From Promethearchaeota archaeon (GTDB taxonomy: Archaea; Asgardarchaeota; Lokiarchaeia; Sigyniarchaeales; SOKP01), in assembly GCA_030606485.1 (NCBI GenBank), contig JAUWGH010000013.1:1-32000 (forward strand): a stretch of 32,000 bases of DNA, in the 5' to 3' direction. Of the stretch, positions 1 to 7,990 are shown in pieces (the stretch's first letter is position 1; each line of letters begins with the position of its first letter). The translations under genes were made by a program, and so were the position numbers. Under the pieces are notes generated by a model. That model ran no database searches. It saw only the letters and a program-made list of their open reading frames with translations, and had not been told where the DNA came from.

Positions 1-1
1 G

Positions 2-1375
2 AAAATTCTAGGTTATTCTAACGATGATATGTTGGGAAAAACCCGATTAGATTTAATACATCCAGATGATATTAAACAAGGCATGAAAGCTTTAAGAAAT
101 GGCTTTAAGTATGGAGAAGGAATAGCAGAATTACGACTTAAGCATAAGGATGGGCACTATATATGGATTGAAACTAAAGGAAAAACTTTTATCGATTATA
201 ACAGAGAAGTTAAAGCATTAACAATCTCAAGAGATATTACAGAGCGTAAGAAGGCGGAGCAGAAAATAAAAGAATCAGAAGTAAAATATCGGGAATTGGT
301 TGAATTATTACCAGATGGTATTTCTGAGATCGATACTAAATTTAATATAACATATGCCAATTCAAAAGCTTTTGAGTTATTTGGATATTCTCAGGAAGAT
401 TTTGATAAAGGTTTAAAAGTTATTCAAATGATTGCTCCTGAGGATTTAGAAAAAGCAATTAAAGGTATAAAAAGACTTTTTAATGGAGAAATTATTGAAC
501 CTCAAGATTATCTATTATTAAAAAAGGATGGAACTAAGTTTTATGGTAGAATAAACTATCGTACGATTTATGAAGAAGGAAGAATTGTGGGATATCGATG
601 TGTGATTAGTGATATAACAAGGCGTAAGAAGGCAGAAGAAAAAATAAAAGAATCTGAGGCAAAATATCGAGATGCCTATAACCTTATTAGTTTTTATAAA
701 GACGTATTTACTCATGATATGAATAATATCCTTCAAAATATCTTAACATCTGTGGAATTGTTGTCCTTATTCATGGACAATCCTGAAAAATCAGAAGAAA
801 ATAAAGAAATATTGCAAATTTTAAAAAGCCAAGTAAAAAGAAGTGCAAATTTAATCTCAAATGTACGAAAATTAACAAAATTGGAAGAAGCTCAGATTGG
901 TACCCAATCAACTGAAGCAATTAGTGTTTTAACGAAAACAATAGAATTTATTAAAAAAAGTGTCCAAGAAAGAGATATACTAATTGAGGTTGAAAAAAGT
1001 TTTAAAAAGGTCTTTGTCCAAGCAAATGAACTCTTGGTCGATATTTTTGAAAATATTTTATTAAATGCAGTGAAATATAATGATAATCCAAGAGTAGAAA
1101 TCCTCGTTATTATTTCAAAAATGCAAAAAAAAGGTATTAAATATTTGAAAATTGAGTTTAAAGATAATGGAATAGGGATAACGGATCCTGCAAAAGAGAT
1201 AATTTTTAAAGGAGGATATAAAAGAGATAAAAAATTGAAAGGTATGGGTTTAGGATTATCACTTGTTAAAAAAATATTAGCAAGATATAATGGAGAAATT
1301 TGGGTTGAAGACAGAGTTCCAGGAGATTACTCAAAAGGAAGTAATTTTGTGGTTATTATTCCTGAAACTGTTTAA
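2..1375 (+). CDS. PAS/PAC-domain sensor histidine kinase (5'-truncated by window edge)
   Basis: Frame is open from base 2 (KILGYSNDDMLGK, a PAS motif). Two PAC ends (SRDITERKKAEQKI, SDITRRKKAEEKI), H-box THDMNNILQ, N-box ENILLNAVKYN, G1 DNGIGI, G2 GMGLGL. No receiver domain. Confidence 0.95.
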   Translation, partial: KILGYSNDDMLGKTRLDLIHPDDIKQGMKALRNGFKYGEGIAELRLKHKDGHYIWIETKGKTFIDYNREVKALTISRDITERKKAEQKIKESEVKYRELVELLPDGISEIDTKFNITYANSKAFELFGYSQEDFDKGLKVIQMIAPEDLEKAIKGIKRLFNGEIIEPQDYLLLKKDGTKFYGRINYRTIYEEGRIVGYRCVISDITRRKKAEEKIKESEAKYRDAYNLISFYKDVFTHDMNNILQNILTSVELLSLFMDNPEKSEENKEILQILKSQVKRSANLISNVRKLTKLEEAQIGTQSTEAISVLTKTIEFIKKSVQERDILIEVEKSFKKVFVQANELLVDIFENILLNAVKYNDNPRVEILVIISKMQKKGIKYLKIEFKDNGIGITDPAKEIIFKGGYKRDKKLKGMGLGLSLVKKILARYNGEIWVEDRVPGDYSKGSNFVVIIPETV

Positions 1376-1499
1376 TTGAACTTATTTCCTTTTAATCACG
1401 CCTTTAATTCTTCCAGTGATGCTATCATTCCCCAAATTTTATCTTTATTTTTGAAAATTATTAATTATAAATAAAATTGACAACTTAAATTATTGATTA

Positions 1500-1964
1500 T
1501 TGTTGTTAGATAAAGATAAATTAAGAAATGTTGTTGGTTGGAAAAATGCTCCTGTCCCAATTTGTATGGGAGGAGATTATAGATCTTTAACATTCTGTTG
1601 TAAGCCAGGATATTCACTTACTTTTGGATTTAAGTGTTTGAGAGAGCATACATTAAAAGAAGTAGGACTAACTCCTGAAGAATTTATGAAAATTAAAAAA
1701 CAATTTTCTAAAGATAATAACTGGGATTCGGATATTGTTTGTTTTGGATCGATTAGTTATTGTTGCATGCGAGCAGGTGGATGTGAACGTAGGGATCTTG
1801 CGCTTTCCTTAAAGTATCCTAATATGGATTGGAATAAAGTAATGGAAACTTATTTTAAAAAGAAAAAAGAACTTGCAGAAATTATATTAAAACATATTAC
1901 TAATCCTACTGCCCGAAGAAGAATAAATAAAATAATGGAAGAATATCAAATTATTGAACTATGA
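1500..1964 (+). CDS. Methanogenesis marker domain 9 (COG4008/TIGR03277-like) Cys-rich protein
   Basis: GWKNAPVPICMGGDYRSLTFCCKP...C and CFGSISYCC...C give 8 Cys (C22, 33, 34, 46, 81, 88, 89, 95) in two [FY]CC repeats, matching the family pattern GW..AP..IC.GGD.R.L.FCC / CFGS..[WY]CC. TTG start. Confidence 0.85.
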   Translation: MLLDKDKLRNVVGWKNAPVPICMGGDYRSLTFCCKPGYSLTFGFKCLREHTLKEVGLTPEEFMKIKKQFSKDNNWDSDIVCFGSISYCCMRAGGCERRDLALSLKYPNMDWNKVMETYFKKKKELAEIILKHITNPTARRRINKIMEEYQIIEL

Positions 1965-2902
1965 TTGTTTTAATAAATCATGCACTTGACCTAGATGGAT
2001 TAGGAAGTCAAGCAATTTTAAAAAAATATTTTGAAGGACTAAGAGAAGAATTAAAATTATTTTATGCAATCTATCCCAATTTTATTGAAATAATACGCCA
2101 AGCCATAAATCTAAAGCCGAAGAAAATTATTATCGCAGATATTGGATTTAATGAGTCATTTAAGGAAATCTTCTCGATTTTTAAAAAGGCAGTTAACAAA
2201 GGTATTCAAATTTCTTGGTTTGACCATCATCTTGTAGATTCTCAGATACAAGAACAACTAAAAAAGATTTTATTCATTTATCTAAATGATCCAAAACGAT
2301 GTGCTTCTCAAATTGTATTCGATTATTTTATACCAAATGATCCAATTGCAAAAGAAATCGCTGAATATGCATATGATGCTGATTTTAATGAGAAAAAGTT
2401 TCCAATTTCTCAAAATTTACAGATGATTATTGCACATAATAGAGAAAACAGTAAAATTTTAGAAAAAATTGTTGACTTACTTTCAAAGGGAAAATTCAAT
2501 AATAATTTTATCAAGAATGAAATAAAAAAGGCTCAAAAATGGAAAGATGAGCAAATTATTAAGATTGAGGAAAATTATAAAACATATTCTATAGAAAATG
2601 GCAAAAATTTAGCAATTTCATTCGCGAAATTTAGTGCAAGCAGAATTAGTAGAACACTTGAGGCGAAATATCCTAATAATTATCTTTTTATAGGGTTTGA
2701 TAAACGTACAAACGAAGTAGTAATTAGGAGCAAACATTATAATTGCCGAGATATAGCCATCAGCTATGGAGGTGGAGGTCATATCGGGCGAGCAGGATTT
2801 TCCTCAAATATAATACTAATTAAAAATGAAGAAACAAACAAGGATCAATTAACAATAAATGAGGAATTCATTAGAGATTTTATTCAAAAATTAAGGTTTT
2901 AA
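1961..2902 (+). CDS. DHH/DHHA1 family phosphoesterase (NrnA-like nanoRNase / pAp phosphatase)
   Basis: HALDLDG, IADIG, WFDHH and C-terminal GGGGHIGRAG motifs. ATGA overlap with the upstream stop codon. Confidence 0.9.
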   Translation: MIVLINHALDLDGLGSQAILKKYFEGLREELKLFYAIYPNFIEIIRQAINLKPKKIIIADIGFNESFKEIFSIFKKAVNKGIQISWFDHHLVDSQIQEQLKKILFIYLNDPKRCASQIVFDYFIPNDPIAKEIAEYAYDADFNEKKFPISQNLQMIIAHNRENSKILEKIVDLLSKGKFNNNFIKNEIKKAQKWKDEQIIKIEENYKTYSIENGKNLAISFAKFSASRISRTLEAKYPNNYLFIGFDKRTNEVVIRSKHYNCRDIAISYGGGGHIGRAGFSSNIILIKNEETNKDQLTINEEFIRDFIQKLRF

Positions 2903-2912
2903 TTCAGTCTGA

Positions 2913-3539
2913 CTAATCAATACTAATATTTTTAGTTTTTCCCGTAATTTTATTAAGCTTAATTTCTAAAATACCGTTTTGATATCGAGCACGTGCGTGA
3001 TCAGGATCAATAGCATTGGGTAAATTAATATTTTTTTTATATCTTCGTTTATTAATATCCGATTCTGCACTTATTGTTAAGGAATATTCAGTTGCTTTTA
3101 ATTCAATATCGGTTTTCTGAATGCCTGGCATTTCTGCTACAATTATAATATGATCTTCCTCTTCCATAACCTCGGTGAGAGGTTCACGAAAGTTTTTTAC
3201 TATTTCTCTCTTTCCCATTTTTGGTTGAATATTGCCAAATTTTGAAATTTTTGGCTTCCCATCAGGTCCAACAGATAAATTAATGCCATATACAAAAGGA
3301 CCTTGTAAATTAAATTTATCACGATATTTACCGAAGTTCTTCATTAATTCTTCAGGTGTAAATTTACTGAGATTAGAGAAGCCTTTCGTTTGTCTCAAAA
3401 AATCCTTCATAATTTTATTGATAATGTTCTTAAAAAAATTTGAATCACCTAGAGATTTAAAATCGCCCCAGAAATCGCCCCATTCATCACTTTGGTCAAA
3501 ATTCTCGTCATCTTCTTCATCATTATTTTTCTTACTCAT
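2913..3539 (-). CDS. hsp20: Archaeal small heat shock protein Hsp20
   Basis: GPFVYGINLSVGPDGKPKISKFGN...REPLTEV...IVAEMPGI...A.YQNGILEI alpha-crystallin domain. AGGTGG Shine-Dalgarno upstream. Confidence 0.95.
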   Translation of the reverse strand: MSKKNNDEEDDENFDQSDEWGDFWGDFKSLGDSNFFKNIINKIMKDFLRQTKGFSNLSKFTPEELMKNFGKYRDKFNLQGPFVYGINLSVGPDGKPKISKFGNIQPKMGKREIVKNFREPLTEVMEEEDHIIIVAEMPGIQKTDIELKATEYSLTISAESDINKRRYKKNINLPNAIDPDHARARYQNGILEIKLNKITGKTKNISID

Positions 3540-3607
3540 AACATTTCCACCTTTTTTATCCGAATTCTATTAACATAAATTTAATAACGATTATTTAAAT
3601 TAAACAA

Positions 3608-3646
3608 TTATATATAAGAAAGGAATGGCTAATAAATATATATTTA
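3608..3646. promoter_or_regulatory. Two palindromic TATA-like elements in the divergent hsp20/ATPase promoter
   Basis: TTATATATAA (3608-3617) and TAAATATATATTTA (3633-3646) are both self-complementary, so readable on either strand. The AT-rich background weakens the call. Confidence 0.45.
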
Positions 3647-3702
3647 ATCAATTATATCTTTTAAGTTAAAATTTTTAATTAAAAAATAAAAGCGAAATTA
3701 CC

Positions 3703-5649
3703 ATGCTTAAAGATATTAGCGAAGATGAAAAGGAATTATATTTAGATGTCTTAAGAGAAGGAACTTTTACTCCTTTTGATAAATTTGTATCTCGCGGAGA
3801 TTTACCTGATGTAATTGATATTGCAAATCCAAGAAAAGAGATTGACAAAAATATTTTCCGAGCAATAAAACAAACAAATAGAGATAAATCAACTAGACTA
3901 ATCCCGATTTTAGGTAGCGCCGGAAGTGGAAAAACTCACGCATTTTGGGCTTATAAAGATAAAATTGGGCAAGTGGAAGAATTTGAAGTAGAAGGCTTAG
4001 AACCTATAAATTGGACAATTGTATACGTTCCCTCGCCTCCAGCAAGCGTTAGAGTATTATTTCATATTTATACATGTATTATAGAAGAATTAGGAGCAGA
4101 AGTTATAAAAACTGTTTCAGAAAAATTAGTAACCAAGTGGGGTGGAAAGAAAAGAGGATTTTTCAGTAGACCTAAAGCTGATGATGTTATTTCGCGTGGA
4201 ATAAGAGAATTTCCGGGTGTTGGTGCTGATATTGTCAAAGCATTAGTCTATTTTCGTTTAGAAAAAGATAAAAGAGCGTTTGCTGAACGCTGGTTACTTG
4301 GGGAAGATCTTGAAGATGATGAATTAGATGATTTAGGAATAAATAGTGTAATCGAGGATGATGACACTTGTTTGGCAATGATAAAAATAATTACAGAAAA
4401 TTTGGGAAAAGTAATTGTATTGTATTTTGATGAGATCGAATCTCCTTATAGGATGCATGGAGAGCTTGCTGAAAGGAAATTCTTAGAAGTATTAAAAAAG
4501 CAATATAATGAAGTTCAAAAATTAGTTATAGTGATTGCAGTTCTGAAAGAAATATGGCCACGTATATTGGAGATTGCCGACCAACCATTACGTTCTCGAA
4601 TGGAACCCGAACAAGAACTCAAACCATTTAGTTTAAATGATTTAAAACTTTTCTTTGCAAATACTATGGAGCATTATTGGGACCAGAATAATTTAAATCC
4701 ACCCCTATATCCGCTTTTTCCATTAAATGAGGAAGTAATAAATGTAATTTATGAAAAATCAGGGGGAAATCCAAGGGATGCAATTAAATTGTGCAATAGA
4801 TTTATTAATAAAATGATTAATAGGGAGATGTCTCTTGAAGAATTATCTTCACTGGAGGTAGATATTGTGGCTACAGCTCAACCTCCTTCAATCTCTGCAG
4901 ATACAGCAATAATTTCATCTAAAGTATCAGCAGCTCGTAAAAAAATTGAAGAAATATTTGACACCGAATATCTCATTAAAGTTAATCCAGCCTCAATAGC
5001 AGGAGCTGCGTTAAAAAGTATTATTGACTTAGGAGAAGTGAATAAAAAGGATTTTAATTATGAAATGGAATATAAATTTAAAATCGAGAAACGAGAATAC
5101 ACTATTGCTGCAATGATTGAATTCGGTATGAAAAAGTGGGGTTTGGAAATTCCATCTATAAAAACATTTGATCGAAGTGGAGGAGTGGCAGCATATTATG
5201 CTGCAAAAAGATTAAATGATGCTATTATTAATGGAGCAATAACGAATGGAATTTTAATTGTCCCTAGGGGAACAGCAGGGAAGAAATTTTCTTTAATTCT
5301 TGAAAGGGCACATGAAATTGTTAAGTTTGAGATAAATGATGAAGAAGGGGAGGAATTAATTCGTTCTGCTATGCGATATCCATCAAGGATTGGTTGGGAA
5401 ATGGCAAAAACAACATTCGAGCAAATTGAAGATTATTCTCCTCCAGAAGAGGAGAGTCTAACCGATACAATGGAGGAAAGATCTAAAATTGAAGAAGATT
5501 TCATCGAAATTAAGGATACTCCAACCGAAATCAAGGAGGATATGGTTAAAGAAACTCAAGAAGATAGTCTTGAAGAAGAAATAGAAGAAGAAAGTGGAGA
5601 ATCTATAGAAAACATTGAAGATAATAAAGATTTAGATGAACTTTTTTAG
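3703..5649 (+). CDS. AAA+ P-loop ATPase (BREX BrxC/BrxD/DUF2791-like) with C-terminal restriction-endonuclease-like domain and acidic tail
   Basis: Walker A GSAGSGKT, Walker B VLYFDEIE, R-finger PLRSRM, sensor-2 GGNPR, helical insert AERWLLGEDL. The last ~73 aa are very rich in Glu/Asp. Confidence 0.75.
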   Translation: MLKDISEDEKELYLDVLREGTFTPFDKFVSRGDLPDVIDIANPRKEIDKNIFRAIKQTNRDKSTRLIPILGSAGSGKTHAFWAYKDKIGQVEEFEVEGLEPINWTIVYVPSPPASVRVLFHIYTCIIEELGAEVIKTVSEKLVTKWGGKKRGFFSRPKADDVISRGIREFPGVGADIVKALVYFRLEKDKRAFAERWLLGEDLEDDELDDLGINSVIEDDDTCLAMIKIITENLGKVIVLYFDEIESPYRMHGELAERKFLEVLKKQYNEVQKLVIVIAVLKEIWPRILEIADQPLRSRMEPEQELKPFSLNDLKLFFANTMEHYWDQNNLNPPLYPLFPLNEEVINVIYEKSGGNPRDAIKLCNRFINKMINREMSLEELSSLEVDIVATAQPPSISADTAIISSKVSAARKKIEEIFDTEYLIKVNPASIAGAALKSIIDLGEVNKKDFNYEMEYKFKIEKREYTIAAMIEFGMKKWGLEIPSIKTFDRSGGVAAYYAAKRLNDAIINGAITNGILIVPRGTAGKKFSLILERAHEIVKFEINDEEGEELIRSAMRYPSRIGWEMAKTTFEQIEDYSPPEEESLTDTMEERSKIEEDFIEIKDTPTEIKEDMVKETQEDSLEEEIEEESGESIENIEDNKDLDELF

Positions 5650-6552
5650 CAAATTTTTAATTATCTCATCATTTTGTCTTATATTTTCAGAAAGGTTAGA
5701 GCATTTTTTACACAAATTAATTAATTCATTTAAATCTGTAATAATTAAATCATCATCGAGTTTTTCAGAGAGTTCTACAGCCTTATTGATGTGTTCTATC
5801 GCTTGTAAATAATATCCATCCTTTTTAAAATCAATTTCACTTAAGATATATTTTAAATTCTTATAAGCTTCATCTCGTTCCCTTAAATAAGTTGGATAAT
5901 TTTCAGCAGTTTTTGCCTTTTCCTCTAATACTTTATGAATTTCAAGTTCTTCTATTTTTTTTGCCAGTTCTGCTGCTTTTACATAATGTTTTTTAGCATT
6001 TTTATAATCCTGAGATTTAAATAATTCTTCCGCAATTTTAACTGATTGAGCAATCTCATCAGGAATGATCTCACCCAAATCAATTAAATTTCTTGCTTCT
6101 TGGATCCTTTCCTCATCCAGAAGATCCTTTATTCGTTCGTTAAGTTTTTCTCTAATTAATTTCGGTTCTTTTAATTTCTCATTTAATTCTATTCTTGAAT
6201 GGATAATCTCTTTTAAAAGGGATTTTAATTTTTCTTTATCTTTTGAAAAATTTTCCACGATTTTTACTTCAATTTCATCAAAAACTGCTATAAAAGAGTC
6301 AATAAATTCCCCGGATTTTGTAATTAAACCTAAATACAATGATAATTTTTCATCTAATTTAATTTCTTTTGAATAATATTTCAAATCATCCTGTGTATAA
6401 GTGACATAGTTCAAATCTGATTTTTTTAAATGATTATCGCCTAAGTTTTTTAAGATCTCTTTAGTTATTCCTATCTCCTTAATATAATATTCTGCCAAAA
6501 GATTAGGACCAAATGATTCGTCTATTTCATATAAAAAAATTCCAAGGGGCAT
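5632..6552 (-). CDS. Longin/uDENN-like N-terminal domain plus TPR-like helical region
   Basis: N-terminus GIFLYEIDESFGPNLLAEY (beta-beta-GP pattern of longin-like/uDENN domains), then helical repeats such as AEELFKSQDYKNAKKHYVKAAELA. Its 3' end overlaps the ATPase by 18 bp. Confidence 0.6.
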   Translation of the reverse strand: MPLGIFLYEIDESFGPNLLAEYYIKEIGITKEILKNLGDNHLKKSDLNYVTYTQDDLKYYSKEIKLDEKLSLYLGLITKSGEFIDSFIAVFDEIEVKIVENFSKDKEKLKSLLKEIIHSRIELNEKLKEPKLIREKLNERIKDLLDEERIQEARNLIDLGEIIPDEIAQSVKIAEELFKSQDYKNAKKHYVKAAELAKKIEELEIHKVLEEKAKTAENYPTYLRERDEAYKNLKYILSEIDFKKDGYYLQAIEHINKAVELSEKLDDDLIITDLNELINLCKKCSNLSENIRQNDEIIKNLLKKFI

Positions 6553-6568
6553 TTTTAAAAATTCACAT

Positions 6569-6595
6569 CTATTCTTTCTTGTTATCTTTTTTCAT
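6569..6595 (-). pseudogene. Possible 8-codon remnant of a HEPN (DUF86/HepT) toxin gene
   Basis: An ATG overlaps the MNT stop (ATGA) and reads MKKDNKKE*. This position and an MKKD start are typical of DUF86 partners, but the match is very short. Confidence 0.35.
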
Positions 6596-6897
6596 AAAAT
6601 AATCATTTGCTCTTTTAAAATACTTTCTTTAAGAGAAGGGTGTATAGATTTATATGTAAGAACATCTACTTTACACTTTAATAGTTCCTGAAGTTCTAAT
6701 TTTAAAGCAGCAAGATCTAATAAGCTCTTTCTTCCCTCAAATTCAATTAATAAATCTATGTCGCTTTTATCTGAAGCTTCTCCTCTCACAATTGACCCAA
6801 ATAAAGACGCTTTTTTGACATTGTATTGTTTAAGGACATTCAAGATTTTCCCTTTAATATTTTCGATTTTATGAGACAATTTTTTAATCTCACTCAT
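6592..6897 (-). CDS. mntA: Minimal nucleotidyltransferase (MNT) antitoxin
   Basis: LFGSIVRGEASDKSDIDLLIEF (GS...DxD) and KVDVLT motifs, 101 aa. Confidence 0.92.
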   Translation of the reverse strand: MSEIKKLSHKIENIKGKILNVLKQYNVKKASLFGSIVRGEASDKSDIDLLIEFEGRKSLLDLAALKLELQELLKCKVDVLTYKSIHPSLKESILKEQMIIL

Positions 6898-7170
6898 TTA
6901 ATTTTAGTGAATAAATAAAAGTGTAAATCAAATTTAAAATATTAGTAAAATCAAGATTATTAAGTGTTTTCAATAAAAATTAAGAATTAAAATTTTTAAA
7001 GATGTTTTTTCTATCCCAATAGAAACTCTTAAAAATGCCGTTTCACATATTTTAGATTTTTGACACCCTTGTTAAAATCTAACGTCAAACTTGTAAGAAA
7101 TCTTATATTGTTATCAGTTTAATATTTATTTTATTAGCCTTAAAAAATAAATCAATAATAGTGAATAAAA

Positions 7171-7956
7171 GTGGAATTATTAGAAAAATTAAATGAGAAG
7201 TTAGATATTTTATTAGCTTGGATAAAAACCCAATATGATAAGGCAGAAGATTTTCTCACGGATCACCGGAATGTGAAAATATCAATGATTATCACAGTAA
7301 TTGGTTATCATGCTTTATTAATTTTAGGTGTAATTATTGCCCAGTTTAATTCTAATTTTACAGCAATTGATGGATATAATATATGGGATAATTGGATAAG
7401 TGACCTTGGTGGGAGCACTTTTACTCCTATGCCTATTTTCTATGATTTAGCTGCTTGTTTAGCTGGAATATTAACAATACCTTTAACTTTTTTTATAGAA
7501 AAAAGTGTAGCGTCGGTTCCTTCTAAACTAGAAGAACTCCATCAATATTCTCGATGGAGATTTAGGTTTGCTAGTTATGGTTTCTTATTTGGACTTATTG
7601 GAAATGTTGGATATATATTTGTTGGGTTGTTTTCAGCAGACAGAAATTATTGGGGGCTCCATGGGATTGCAAGTATTTTATCTTTTGGAGGTTTTGTATT
7701 CGCTGGATTTTTCTTCGGTTTATGTATTGTATTTTATAAAACGAGCATTCCCAGAGAGTTTGGTATTTATATGATTATTGTACCCCCTTTAACGATGATA
7801 TTGTATCAGATATTGCCAGCATATACACCCATATCGGATCCATTTATGGAATGGATGTTGCTTTTTTCTATTCTTGCATGGGTAGATCCACTCTGTATAT
7901 ACACTATTAGACAGTTTAAAAAAGAGAAAATGCTTCAAAAAAAGTTAATTAAATAA
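7171..7956 (+). CDS. DUF998-family (Frag1/DRAM-like clan) multi-pass membrane protein
   Basis: GYNIWDNWISDLG signature, about 6 hydrophobic helices, conserved LH and EW. GTG start. Confidence 0.8.
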   Translation: MELLEKLNEKLDILLAWIKTQYDKAEDFLTDHRNVKISMIITVIGYHALLILGVIIAQFNSNFTAIDGYNIWDNWISDLGGSTFTPMPIFYDLAACLAGILTIPLTFFIEKSVASVPSKLEELHQYSRWRFRFASYGFLFGLIGNVGYIFVGLFSADRNYWGLHGIASILSFGGFVFAGFFFGLCIVFYKTSIPREFGIYMIIVPPLTMILYQILPAYTPISDPFMEWMLLFSILAWVDPLCIYTIRQFKKEKMLQKKLIK

Positions 7957-7990
7957 AAATAAAAGTTAAAATGTTCGAGATGTGAAATAA

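Noticed and set aside
232-660. Near-identical nucleotide stretches (CGTAAGAAGGC...AAAATAAAAGAATC)
   Set aside because: Explained by the repeated PAC motifs of the kinase.
1393-1460. Minus-strand mini-ORF ending KDKIWGMIASLEELKA*
   Set aside because: Too short, with no homologue in the window and no support.
3703-5649. Complete BREX or other anti-phage locus
   Set aside because: Only the ATPase resembles BREX components; no methyltransferase, PglZ or other defence partners lie nearby.
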